Part shown: piece after piece, positions 38,950 to 52,284 of the stretch
Numbering within the stretch: the stretch's first letter is position 1
Layout: each line of letters begins with the position of its first letter
DNA from: Dicyema japonicum
Lineage: Eukaryota > Animalia > Dicyemida
Direction: 5' to 3'
Assembly: GCA_011109175.1 (NCBI GenBank)
Contig: RDEW01000007.1
Location: 1,130,295-1,194,294, forward strand
DNA: 64,000 nt
Position numbers and translations under genes: made by a program
Notes under the pieces: generated by a model
Database searches by the model: none
What the model saw: only the letters and a program-made list of their open reading frames with translations
What the model was told of the DNA's origin: nothing

Positions 38950-41490
38950 ATGGGGCGTCATTTGTTTTTCGAATCATTGGAAGATTTAATTTTTAAAGGG
39001 ACATCAAACTCAGTAGATTTGATTAAATAAACCACAGGAAGAATTGGAGTCTAAAATTCTTATCCAGCAGAACAGTAAGCTAGTTCAAGCTCTCAAACTT
39101 TCAAAACAGCAAGTAAATGAGCTGACTAGGAAAATCAGCGCCTTTGAGGAGAGAAGGGACGCTGATGACGCCCTCCTAGCCCTTATCAACAGGAATTGGA
39201 ATCAACTGAACTTGGAGTTGAAGAATATGATTTACAACCACCTTGGTGAGGTTCCAATGGAGGTAGAAAACGGTTGTAAGTCTAATTCTCAATTCTAGAA
39301 AGGCTAACTGAGTCGCTACAAGACTTTCAGTTGAAACTGTCAGGAATGGAAACTGGGAAATTGGACACTGATCTAAATGAGAGGATCGCTCAGTCTAAAA
39401 TGTTGACTAATCACATTATTTCAGCATTTTCCAAGTTTTTTTCATTGTTTTACATTAGAATTAAGGAGAACAACGAAAAACTGATCTCATTCCTTAAGGA
39501 TGTGAAGATTGACCCAGAATATCCTAAGTCTGAGAACCCAACTGACCTTGTGGCAGAGTTAACCGCCGTAAATTGCAGCCTAAATGACAGGCTCTGCACT
39601 TTGGAGAGCACAAACAGTGATCTGATGTACAAACTAAACGAAATGACTGACAAGTGTGTGAGTGTGACCAACTCTATTGCTGTAATGAAGAGAAAAATCG
39701 ATGAATTGAACTACAATCTGACCCAAGAGAGAATATACTCCGTAAAACTAGAATTCAACCTCCAACAGGCGCAGGAGGAGGCAGAAAGGGTGTCCACACA
39801 TAAGGAGGAGAAAAAAGAGGACGGGGAGATTCAAAAGAGCAGTTCTGATAATGAAAATATCGATATCCTCCAGCAGGAACTTAATCAAGTTAAATCACAG
39901 TCCTCAGCTCGACTTATCGAGTTGGAGCAGATGATGAAGGAAAACGAACGGTTGTCCCTCGAATGTGGGCAGAAGGAAATAAAAAATGAGACCGCTGACA
40001 CGTCGATTGAGGTGGCGAAACTAAAAAGACAGTTCGCCAACGCAATAAACGATATCAATCGACTCAAAACTCGCTTGGAAGAGGTCAACGAGGAAAAATT
40101 TATGCTGAAATTCAGTCAAAACCAACTCTCTGAGGACATGAAGGTGATGTGTGGCCTAATTTGGCAGACTCAGGGGAATATCCTTGAGAAGGGGGCCAAG
40201 AAAGAGATTGAACGGTTGGACCGACTGCTTCTGCTTAAGGAGAGAGATTACGAAAGTTTGCGACTGGAGAATGCTCAGTTGGTAATAATCAGCGAGAATA
40301 CGAGTTTATAGTGTTGTTTATGAAAGATGAGATCCATAGGGAGATGAGACATCTTATAAACAGTCTTCAGTCTTATAACAAACAACTAAAGGACGAAAAT
40401 GTCAAATATCTCACGAAAATTAACGAAACTATAACTCAGAATCCAGTCACATTGGAAAGTCACACCTCTATTGACAAGTTGACTGATTTGGAGGTGGTCT
40501 TACTGCTGATTTGTAGTTGGACGAACTTGCATTGCAGTCTGGTCAGTCAGAGCTAACAGTAGACTGAAGGCAGCTTATAGAACTGAGGAGGAGTTGAATA
40601 GGCGCATAAACGAGATGAGAGTCTATATTGAGGATCAGAAACGGAAATTACAATGGCACAAACAACAGGAGGAGACTCTGATGCAGGAAATGGACGTTAC
40701 TGGGGAGGCGTTGGAAGATATGCAGGAAAGGAACAGAAAACTGCTCGATCAACTCTCTACGAAGGAACAGGCGTATATCACGCTGCTCTCGGAGGTGGTT
40801 TGGGTGATGACTGGCAGAGAATAAAGGATAAGCATGTGATTGAGCAAATGAATGAGGAGAAGAGGTCATATAAGGAGCACGAGGCCGTGATGCAGCAAGA
40901 GATTGAGAATATTGGTAGAATAAACTCCAATCTGAAAGAGAGGGAGCACTCACTGAACAAAATAATAAGTAATTTGGAGAACGAGGAGAATTAAGGAGGA
41001 GAAGATAGAGAATGTGAACAGACGGTACAACCAGATCCTACAAAAGTGCGATGAGTTTAAAATAATATCCGACTCGCATTAAAACCAGCTTAAGGAAGCA
41101 CAACAATTGCTCGCGGAGAAGGGTAGTACGATAAGAAACGATGCCTTCCAAATTAGAAGACTTGAGGTGGTGATTTGTGAAACTTGTAGGAGGATGTCGG
41201 TAATTTGAGAGGACAGCTGGATAGGATCTCTAAGCTACGAGGAATGGATACCAATGACACGACATTAATGGACGAAATAAAGGAACTCAAGGTTGTTATG
41301 GTTATTATGGTAGGACCGATTGTTGTGTCCGTGTTGTCACGTGCATAAGAAGAACGCAGTGCTAACAAACTGTTTCCACGTGTTCTGTTTGGAATGTCTT
41401 ACCCATTTGTATCACATTAGAAAGAGAAAGTGTCCAAAGTGCAATTCAAGTTTTGATATTAATGAATTTAAACGTCTTTGGTTTGACTGA
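38950..41490 (+). CDS. BRE1: E3 ubiquitin ligase BRE1 (RNF20/RNF40)
   Basis: N-terminal ERRDADDALLALINRNWNQL, long coiled coils and RMHYQAMQE-like EEQETLMQEMDVTGEALEDMQERNRKLLDQL. C-terminal RING CPCCHVHKKNAVLTNCFHVFCLECLTHLYHIRKRKCPKC. Introns are 24-30 nt. Confidence 0.95.
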
Positions 41491-41959
41491 TTTGTTGTCT
41501 TTGAATATAATTGTAATATATTTGGTTATATCCATCAATTATTGCTTATCACTAGACTTAATGGTAATGGGAGAAAATAATACTATTTATATGCTAATAG
41601 GGTAAGTCCATTTGTTTTACTGATCTGTTTATTGTTTGCTTAAATACCAAGGCAGATATAAAGAATATCAGGGAAAATCTTTGGTTTTTTGGATAAAGGC
41701 ATATAATAGGTTATCCTTCAATATTATTTAACTTACAGAAACCCGTTAGAAAATTGTTTTTGTGGCACAGATTTATCCACTCATCAACAGTTTCTCTCAT
41801 GATTATTTCCTTTACATTCATAAAAGCTTTCTTAGAGTTTTTACCTTGTATTTTGGAAAAAAACAATTGAATTTGGAAAAGTAAATAACCTTGCATTTTG
41901 GAAAAAACAATGCATTTTAGATTTAAAGTGCTTAGAAACCTACGTGGTCACATTCTAGA

Positions 41960-42835
41960 ACCCTAGTTATGAAAACCATATTAGACAATGTAAAAGACGA
42001 AGCTCGTCGCGAATGGTGTGAAACTGGTTTGGATATACCGAACGATCCTTCGAGGCAACGTGACTGGGATGATATCTACTCCAAGAATATCTTCGACGTG
42101 CTAAAGTCTGAGGCCAACCAGCATCGTCTTGCATGCCTCGTGTCCGCCGCCAACCATGGGAGCGGAACGTGGCTGGTTCCACTCCCGTGTTCCTCCCTGG
42201 GGACCCTTTTGGACAATGACTGTATTCGGATTGGGATCGCACAACGCCTGGTAGTTTATATTTGCGTCGAACACCAATGTCGTTGTGGAGGGATCATCGA
42301 TGCCAAAGGACTGCATCCGCTCTCGTGCAAAAGGAGTGCAAGCAGGCACCCCGCCATGCTGCTATGAACAACATTGTCATGCGAGCTCTTGAAGCGGCAG
42401 GCTTCCCGGAAGTACTGGAGCCTGTGGGATTGGACCGCGGAGATGGGAAAAGACCGGATGGGTTAACTATCTTTCCGTTTACCGATGGAAAATCGCTCGT
42501 ATGGGACTGCACTGTTGTGGATTTTTTCTTGAACTCGATGATACTTAGCTCGGCGCAGTCTGATGGATCGGCAACCGATCTGGCCGAGAAAATCAATATT
42601 AAAAAATATGGCGAAATTGGAGACCGCTACCATTTTGCACCGGTAGCAATCGAGACGTCTGGTGCGGCCGGAAGTATTACATCCTCTTTCCTAAAGGAAA
42701 TCGGGGGGAAATTGGCCCACCGCAAGAAAGACGTGCTGGAAGCGGTCTGGCTGAGGCAACGGAATGGTATCGCAGTTGTCCGCGGAAGCGCTTACTCAGT
42801 GATGTCAGCAGCCGCTCTCCCCAATAGTTAATAAA
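41960..42835 (+). mobile_element. CRE-like non-LTR element, 3' part (CCHC + RLE)
   Basis: GTWLVPLPCSSLGTLLDNDCIRIG, CRCGGIIDAKGLHPLSC, GKRPDGLT...WDCTV and FAPVAIETSG...AVWLRQRNGIAVVRG. Confidence 0.9.
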
Positions 42836-42986
42836 TAATATTTTATTGTTAATAAATTTTTCACATTTAAAAAAATGTAAAAGTTTGATTTACCACGAGA
42901 AAATATTGCTAAAAAACAATAAAAATAAAAACTCATAAATTCCAAAAACATACAAAATAGTAATTTTAAATACAAGGAAATATGAT

Positions 42987-45480
42987 TCAAAGAAGTCTCC
43001 CTCTGCACTTACTACTCCCACATTTACACATAATTATCTTCCCAGGTACACTACCAACTCTATAATTATAATCCCAAGTGAGTTCAGTACCCGCAATCAA
43101 TGTCCTACAATCACAACAATCGCATACCGTTTAGTGAAATAAGCAATATAAGGAAATCGCAAATCATGAGAATCAATGAAAATGCTCTGAATGAACAGGT
43201 TCGGGGAACAACTGTGCTACAAAATAACACAAACTACTACATTAGTGAATCTCCCCAAATTCCCGGTTACTTTCGAATCAACCAAATAGACCATGTTGTC
43301 CCTACCGAAAAACGACCGAAACGGTACATATGAAGTGTTCAGTGAGTTAGAGTTCCTCTGTTTCTTAGAGGGTCTCGGAGTCCCACTAAAATGTAGTCAA
43401 AAATCTCAACAGCTCAGAGGAATCAACACTTTCATTCTCAATAGCCGAGTCCTCAGACAAGATAAGTCCCTTGTCTTCCTCACAACGTTCGATAAAGTCA
43501 AGTTCAGCAAATACTCGTCCCCAAATTTGATCCCATCCTTGGTGGCCTGTCGGTCACTCAGAAGCATTCCGTTATACATGCACACAAAACTGTTGGCCGG
43601 GATGTCCTCGAGGCACCTCAGTCCCCATCCCCTACCAATAGGGATAAAAACTCACTTTTCTGGGGTATTAAATACCTGTAAATGCCATTTTAGTCCATTT
43701 TGACCCACTCGATTTCTGCAGTTGACTGAACACTGGCACTTTCCGTTGCACTCAAATATCCTATCGGTATCTAACCCAACCAACCCGGTGGTCACACTCT
43801 TCCCTGACTTTAGCATTCTGTTTGAATAGCTCACGTTAGTCTGTGCCGAGTCATTTGTCAGCCTTCTGCAGGCACATGTGTCAGAAATCTGCGATTATAC
43901 GGGAAACTACGCATTCATCAGTACAGTCACAACAAATCAGGAAACCCTGATCAGTTTCCACATTGACCTCCTTAGAGGATCTCCGGGAAACTAGATACTC
44001 CACGTAATCTGGCAGTTTATTGTCCAGAGAATTTACACAACTAACGGGAATAGGTTCCTTCCCCAACGATAAGTCATCGAGGAACACTTTAACCTACAAA
44101 ATAAGGAAAAAACGACATTTGCAGGTTCAAAACGACGACTTGGGCGGACATTAACGTCCATAGTGAACATATCTATGACCAAATCACTCAATGTGATCAG
44201 CAAATACTCATCAATCTCCTCCAAAGTAAAAAACTTCTTCCACAGGGGGATGTGTACTCGATTTGGAATCCGGAGAATATAATTATTCGTCTTCTGGCCC
44301 ACCCACATACCAGGGGATATAACAAGTAGTTCATATTCTCCCTTCCCACGTGGGATAACGATCTGACATTTTTCTGACAAGAAGGATTGCATATGTGGGG
44401 GACTTGCAATCAGCACAAGTGGATACCATACTCCATTGGTTTTACTAAGAACTGATTAGCAGGAATAGAGGGATTCAAGTAACGAAAAGTTCCTCCAACA
44501 GGTTTTTGTTTCCAAGAGGAACTGGATTTGGCCTCAAGGATAACTTGAGGACGAATATAAGTTGAATAACGGTGGAACCATTGATCTGTGTGGGCACTGA
44601 CAAGAACAAGAGAACAGTCCACTTTGATTACCTTTCCATTTACCCTAAGAGTAAGTAAAGTCCCAACCATTCCATTTGACTAACCATGAGGACCTCATCC
44701 CCTTCGCAGTAATTACCCCCACATTGACCCTCTATATTGTTTCTAATTCCAGTTATTCCTATTCTGCTAACCAAGCTACGAAAATCCAAGGGATCTAAAG
44801 TCTACAAACTGACTTACTTTGTTCAAAAACCGAAAAAACTTGTTCAAAGTATAAATACAGCAATTTATCATTTTGAAGTTGTATCAAGTACCTCCACTTG
44901 TTCGTATCACTGGGAGGCTCCAGTACAAATCCACGTGTCAAGGATCCATCTGAGACTACGACCACTTGACTGCCTTCATGCAATGTTCTCGTAAGGTCAA
45001 CCAAAGCCACGTGGTCTCCGTAAAGAAGATGAAATTCCACCTTTGACCTCTGAATAAAAAAAGCAGTCGAGTTTTCACACTTAAACGTTTCTATAACGAT
45101 GCCGGGGATTTATTGGTCTTCCTGAAGGGAGAAAAACACCTTCGAGTACTCATGCAATCCCCGTGAATAATATTCAAGTGAAATTATTTGGATTAACTGC
45201 TATTATTAATTTATTATAAACGGTCAGATTGCAGGAAAATATGATATCAGTGTTGGAGATATTGATAAAGAAGTGGAGATTTCCTTGAAATTATGAGAAA
45301 ATTACTTGAAAAACTGCAAGAATTTAAAATATTCACGATTTTTCTAAAAATTTTAAAAATTATGACTTTAATGAAAGATTTGTTAGCAGTTTTTTCAAGT
45401 GATCGGTATAACGAGTTTCCATATCCAAGCATGAGTTGAGAATGATGTCAATTTTGTGTTCATATTTGTCTATCTGCATG
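42987..45480 (-). CDS. SETDB1: Histone H3K9 methyltransferase SETDB1
   Basis: Tudor EGSQVVV...[28 protein letters not shown]...YTSPCGR. Pre-[18 protein letters not shown] and [21 protein letters not shown]. Split [14 protein letters not shown]...[25 protein letters not shown] and [13 protein letters not shown]. Start uncertain. Confidence 0.93.
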
Positions 45481-45604
45481 AGTGAGTCATTTTCCTTAAA
45501 TTTTGTGTCAATTTGAGTATTAATAAAAGTTTGAATCTCATCCTATAATACTTATGCACATCAAACTATCATAGCGAAATTTTAAATAATTTTAAAATTA
45601 ATTA

Positions 45605-47900
45605 TTACATTTTATTGAAATTTAAATTTACTGTCCTGATACCGGTGACAAGGTCTCCTTCAATTCTTGGGCTAATGTTCTTCAGGCTATTGTAACTTTA
45701 ACTCACAAAATTGGTCGAGCTGAAATTATGTCATGTCTATCTCATTACAGACTTCTTCCAAATGGAGTACCCCAAGGTTCTGTTTATCACCCACCTTATT
45801 CAACTTACACCTAAGCGACATTCAATCAATTCCAAGACACTTCTACTATTGTATGCGGATGACATGATTGTTGCCTCTAAAAATATAGACGTTAAAAAAG
45901 CAACGAAAAATGTTCAGAACCACTTGAACACTCTTGAAGAGTGGCTTGGAGCAAACCACATATCCCCTCTCCATCGAAATCCACCGTCACTGTATTCACG
46001 TTCAACCGCCGCCAACTAAATTTTCAACCAATTTTAACAATTCGTGGACAACCACTCACCGTTACGAAACATCCCAAAATACTTGGAGTTATTTATGACT
46101 AACTACTAACTTTCTCTAAACATGTGGAGGAACAATGTACAAAGGCCTCTCACAAGATCAACATACTTAAAGATGTGTCAGGTCATTCCTTTGGCGAAAG
46201 CAAAGAAGCCCTAGCCATCATATATTAACAATTCATTCGAACAACTATTACCTATGCAAGCCCTTGCTGTCAACCTCTGCCTCTCTTACTTCTATTGACA
46301 AACTACAAAAAGTAGAAAACATCGCGCTCAGGATAATTACTGGATGTCTCAGATCAACTCCTGTCGATCATCTACATTGGGAGTCAAAGATCCTTCCAAT
46401 TGGAGACCATCTGGAAATGAGAGCCCTGCAGTTCCTCTTCCAAGCCTACAGTCTAGAACATCCCTGCCATACCCTATGCAAGCCGCAAAACAAAAGGAAA
46501 ATTATTATGACAACCAGTGACCTGTCTCGGATGTTATCATCCATTCCTTCCATCTCCAATGACAGGAGTCGTCTTAAACAGATACACGATTTTGTTTCTA
46601 CGAAGAGCATCCGAAGACTCGGAGACAATAAAATATTACAGCGACCCCCTCCTCCAATAGACCAATCAGAATCCTCTCTTTCAAGGGACGTGCGAGTAAA
46701 CCTGGCTCGTCTACGATGTGGGCACCACCCATATCTACCAGCTTATGATGTACTCTGCCTCTTTTGCAACCTCCACGTGCTGACAACAAATCACCTATTT
46801 CAATGTCATGAATTGGCACAACGTTTTTCCACAATGCCGGAACTGATCGATCTATGGGAGCGACCAACATCTGCTGCGTACTACTTAATTGCTGCTGGCC
46901 TCCTACAAGTTAATGAGGCTGGGGTTACTTAACTAACTAACTTTAACTCACATTCGAAAACAGTCCTCACTAAAGGACTGCAGAAGTTGAATTTTATACG
47001 CGCGCTTGTTCGGAGGACTCTTTTAAATTTGGATGCTTATGTTGGAAAACTTTACTAGCAAACCATAAGGATCTCCTTTATCTCCTGCTCTGTTTAACTT
47101 TTTGGATAATCAGCTCGTGGAGAATGCAGAGAAGTCGACTTTTTTACCTATGACAAAAGATTATGAAGGAAGACAGTCACCTTGAAGTTAAATAAGGGCG
47201 ATATCTCTTTCAAAAGAGGTCAAAGGATCTTGAAGATGACACTTGACATGCATCTTTTTCTACAAAATATTCTTGTGAAGAATGTGGAAGATTGGTACTT
47301 ACCCGGTCTTGATGAACGTATACAGACAGCTCATAGAGCCATATTTCTCATATGCATGCGCCTCGTAAGGAATGGTCATATCTTGGACAAATATGAGGAA
47401 GTTGAGGAAAAAACTCACGTCTCTCCAAATTCTGATAAAAGAGGAGCTTGTGAATTCAGTAAAGCTGTGGGTACTCTGAAGGACCGCGTCAAAAACCTTT
47501 CGATCCTGTTGAGGTCTACTGGGATCACTTAATAGTATGGTTTAACTCCCTCTATCTTGGTGTTCCCATTTTCGGGATTAGATATTAATAATTCGTAAGA
47601 GATGACATGTGATCCACCTCAGGAGACACCCAATGCCTGGCATTCAAAAAGAATTCGCTTTTCTATACTCCGTGGAAGGGTTTCCAAAATGGCGAATATG
47701 GATGGACGTAACATATGCGTCTCACTCTGACCATGGGAACTGGGGAAAGCGAAAGATCAATGCATCTCCAAGAGGTGATTGTAAAAAATGTAATATCATT
47801 TGACTGCCGTCACTATGGAATTGGTATTGGAATACATCTATCAATTATGAATCGGCTACTCAGAGTTACTGACCGGATTTCTGTCATCCGAATTGCTTAC
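45605..47900 (-). CDS. Unknown micro-intron gene (or extended SETDB1 5' exons) with a LINE in one intron
   Basis: The spliced frame ...TEQEIKEILMHPNLKESSEQARSFSEDCFRI|LKNISPRIEGDLVTGIRT... runs across the LINE-containing intron. Upstream exons are not resolved. Confidence 0.45.
45708..46937 (+). mobile_element. Ingi-like LINE, 5'-truncated, with perfect TSD
   Basis: RT motifs GVPQGS, YADDM and PKILGV. Post-RT LRIITGCLRSTPVDHL and RVNLARLRCGHHP. It has a (TAAC)n tail and a 15-bp TSD TAACTTTAACTCACA at 45693-45707 and 46938-46952. Confidence 0.93.
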
Positions 47901-49789
47901 GTAAGAATAAATCAATTATGTCTATAATTCTCATACAGAAAGATCATTTGTTTATCAGAAATATACTCTCTCATGTAGAATGAATTTTTTGTGTAGGAGA
48001 CTTAAATTTCAAAGCGGGAATTAAGCATATTGCTAAAAACATCGTAACTCATCAGGAATCTATCTGATGGACTTGTGTAATACACAATTAGTTTCTGTTA
48101 AATACGGCATCATCCTTCCAGCACAAAACTATATAGTTTGGGAGCAGATATAATAAAATGGAGGAAAAATAAATATTTTCAACCAAATTGACTATTTTCA
48201 ATGTAAAAATTCATTCAAAAGACTACTAAATGACTTGCGTTTATATGAAGGAACAATAACAAATAGCGATCACAAGATTGTAGGCTGAAACTTCAAAGGT
48301 TAAGTGGCATAACTTGCAAGATTGGTAAATAATGTTTTACTCCTCCACAAATATCAATTGAAAATGGCTCTGAAATAACCATGGGTGTTCAACCATGTCA
48401 TATGGGAGTGAATAACTCTAATTTCGTTTGTCAAGGAAACGGTCGGAACACGTGAAAGGAATAAAAAAGGAAAATACAAAGGTGTCTAATACTCACAGTC
48501 AATAAATTATCCTTCGATGGAATATTGAATTATCGAAACCAGTTATTCCCTACGAATAACTAAACTAAAAAACACGGAATACAATCATAAATGAGATTAG
48601 GATTAGAGTATGCCAATCATAATCGGATTTTATAAAAAAGAGTGTTTGAAGTTGAAAAAACTTCATTCATGTACAACAATGATTATGGCAGTTAACTAGG
48701 ATTATTCGAACAATTCAAAAATACATGAAGAGTCTGGTCATTTTGTATTTGCCACTAAACTCTCAGCAAGCTTTAGCCGGCAATTTTTATAATTGAAATG
48801 ATTTATTACCCCTTTACAGTTTAAATGGTAGCCTCGTTCACTTAATAAAGCGTTCATGGATTCCGAAATTCTTGAAGCTCTCTGGTGCTTAAATAACAAC
48901 AGAACGTCTGACTATAATAATATTTGAAATACGGATTCAACTGAAAAATAATTCTATCAATGTGTTGTAAAAAACTTTATTAGTTTTTTTGGCAGATACT
49001 TATTGCCGAATCAAAGTAGATTAATATGGGACGCTTAACAGCTGATAAAGAGTCATCATTGGTGGCTCAATTTTTCCAGTGCTCTTCGAAACTGCTTTGA
49101 GAAATGTTCGGAAAAAAATGAGTTATCTAAACTAATTTATAGGACGAAATCGATTTTGTGTCCTTATGTGAAGTTACTCAATTCAGTTGTGGATAAAACC
49201 ACAAGCATTTTGAAGAGATGGTCATTAACAGTTAATAAAAAACTGGAAGATATCCCTATCTCTTTCGTGTTTGTTGATACAATTACATGCTTATGAATAT
49301 TATTGTAATCTTCGAGATAGTGCTTGTTGCTTTTCTAAACCAAGTTTTCAGTCTTCTTATTTGGTGGTAATTCACATCATGCTCCTCGAGGATGAATATT
49401 AGTAAGTTAGATGGTAAACACTATTAAAACAAATAGTAGTGTCCAGGAGGTGAGCATATTCATATGCTTATGGGAATGATAGAGAGCTTTAACAACTAAC
49501 GCGTAGTGGTTGGTTTTAAATTGAGGTGGTGACCACATTTATAACAAAGTTTGTATAAAACCCATTTTCATTCGTCTTATGAGTATGTGACTAACTCAGA
49601 AGTTCTGAACATAGAAAATAAGTTTCAGATGTACGACAATCAAAAATGCAATTCAACTGTGGTCATTGATTTAATACAATTTCCATGATTATCCAAATTA
49701 TAAACGGAAAGCAAATTCTACTTAAAATTTTATGGTGGTTAACCTAAATTGAATATGTAAGTAAAGCTTATTTAATTACAATCATGAGT

Positions 49790-52284
49790 CATGAATGCAG
49801 CAAGCAATTTATGAAAAACATTTTAAGGACTTTAGATTACTTGTATGCTTTGCTTGATTATCCGGGGGATGATGAAATAATATATATAATCGAAAAAACA
49901 TCAGACGCGTTAATTGAGAACATTTCAGATATTTACGATACCTTAAAATCAGAGTGACTTTATACTTATAACTTTAGAGACTTTGAGGGATTCGATTATG
50001 AAATAAACAACAAATTGGCTGTACTCTATGAATGGATTGATGAGATTGTTGTCTTTAATAGAAACAACATTTCCACTAATTTAGTAAAGTCTCACATAAC
50101 ACGACTAAAGAACTCATTAGAGGTATTTCCTGTTATTAACAAAGTCCTTTTATATTAAAATGACTACCAACAAAGAGTTACCCGGTAGACATAGAAAATC
50201 CCTTTCAGAGACTCAGTCTAAAATTCTTAAAGATGTTCAAAATGAGTTTCCCAACACGAATGAATCAATTTGTTTTAAAAAACCTGTGGCTTTATTCAAC
50301 AAAAAGGAAATTTCAAACTCTCAGTATGACAAACTTAATGAGATTCAAAATTGGTGTCCCAGGACGAATGAACCAGCCATGAATGAAATTTCAAACTCCC
50401 AACATGAAAGCCATCAAAAAACTACTATGCCCGACACACAAAAAATTTTAGATTCCCACTACGACATGCTTAGAAATATTCAAAATGAGAAAAGTTTGTA
50501 TGTATTTCCGGATCTACCGAACATACGTGGAATCTCAGATAATCAATATGCCATTCTTAAAAAGATTCAAAGAGACGTTGATGTCGAGTATTTTGAGATT
50601 GAGGACGATTTGACCATTGATGATTCTGCTTGTAGTGAAATAATATATATTGTAGACTCTAGTGTAAAAAATAATTCGTCACACAACGACTTGTCCCTTC
50701 ACAACTCTAACGAGACATATGCGTGTGTGTATCGTAATTTGATTGGAAAAAATGATTGCTTTCAAAGTGGATTTAGCTGTATATGATAGTATTATTAGAC
50801 AGATGGGGACATTTATGCCAGTAACACTAAACATTACGTTAACGTGGATGAAATGAATCCTGCTAAGTTACTTATGGGTCACTACATTGCCCCCAATACA
50901 GAACTGGTGAAATACGAATACGACAGAAAGTACATCACCAAGGAAATAATTGAGGAAATAGTCAACCTTAACATTAGCATAGTAATTGGGATATTATATT
51001 CTCAGTGTGAAATAAAAACAGCCCCTATCGATGCCATTATTGGTTTGGCTGTCATTTCAGATCGTCTTTCTAAGGATTTTCAATGTATTTTTGTGAACTC
51101 TTATCGCAACTTTATCAGTTCGTTTGAATTAATCAAAAAACTCCAGATTTTATATTTCATATCACTGGATATTAGTAAGGAAATGTTATACGATGACGTT
51201 CCACATTGTATAATCAGCTTCTTGATAACCATATTTGACTCATTGGTGTAAGCTTTTTCTTAAATTTTAGAATTTCTGAGATTGACTTGGATTTGGTCAA
51301 GCTTGTCTCCAATTTCACACACACATTAATATTCTTTGGTCAATTTTGGGAGGTTAGGTTAATCAGAAATGAGTACAAAATAAAAATATTAAAGTTATAT
51401 TTTTCCAAATCAGATATTATGTTGCGAGAATTCGAAAGTTTTAGCAAAATTGTTAGATCAACCTCTTCTCTTAAAGAAATTGTTAAAAAATTCAGTAATT
51501 GGTTATTTTCCTAATAATTTTTAGTGATAACATTCTGGATCTTCACTCGTTCGAAATCGCCAAACAGTTGACTCTCAGAGACTGGAATCTGTTCGAATCT
51601 ATAACCCCCACAGATGTGTATGATTGGATCTATCGGAGGGCTCACATTACTTCATATTTCCCCAAAGTAGCCTACTTTCTGGATTCTTTCGACTCGACGT
51701 CCTTATGGTTGAGTCTATAATTATAGAAAGGTGTCAACAACAAATTTTGAACGAAAAAAACGACAAATCACGTATAAAAGTAATAAAGAAACTTGTAAAG
51801 ACCGCAAATGTAGTTTGCGTTGTGATATTAGTATTTACTTAAATTCAAGAATATTCATTCCTACTTGGCCATTTCATATTCACTGGATTCTCAAGACTTC
51901 TTCATGTTGAACCTTCCTTCCAATATAAAAACAAGATTGAGTGATATCATCGACTCTGCTAATTGGAAGTTGTTTAAGGAGTACTCACCAATGATAGAAT
52001 TCTGTGACTCTCATTCGGCAATCCCTCACTTTGTATGCAAGTTGTAACAGTTTTAGTGGGGTGACTCTCAACTCAATACAAACCTTAAAGGAGAGGTGAA
52101 TCAGAATATCTGTGAATTTGAAAACTGTCGTAAACAACTGGAAATATTCAAACAACTCAAATTAATGCAAGAAAGGTATGTTTGTGTTAATTTTAATAGA
52201 AAATATAATTTCGAATGGAACGATAAAGCATACCAAGTTCTCAAGGATATTAACCCCACAACATTTTCTAATTTTAATTCCTAG
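49790..52284 (+). CDS. RAPGEF1: Ras/Rap GEF (REM + CDC25), C3G/RAPGEF1-like
   Basis: REM FVNSYRNFISSFELIKKLQ (compare C3G YRTFISPEELIKKLQ). CDC25 DLHSFEIAKQLTLRDWNLFESI and RIKVIKKLVKTA. Start approximate. Confidence 0.8.

Noticed and set aside
41520-41915. Small minus-strand gene with a duplicated 24-bp segment next to the CRE element
   Set aside because: No consistent splice model and no recognisable motif.
140-45080. Programmed frameshifting, RNA editing or a variant genetic code (breaks at ~150 in ankyrin, ~34641, ~45075 in SETDB1)
   Set aside because: Each break is a single base in a short C/G run with no shared slippery motif, typical of long-read consensus errors. Conserved genes terminate at ordinary TAA/TGA codons.
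45692-47532. Plus-strand gene (ORF 47182-47532) with a 27-nt GT-AG intron at the LINE site
   Set aside because: The plus-strand splice leads to stops within 10 codons. The minus-strand reading has a GTGAG donor and open flanking exons.
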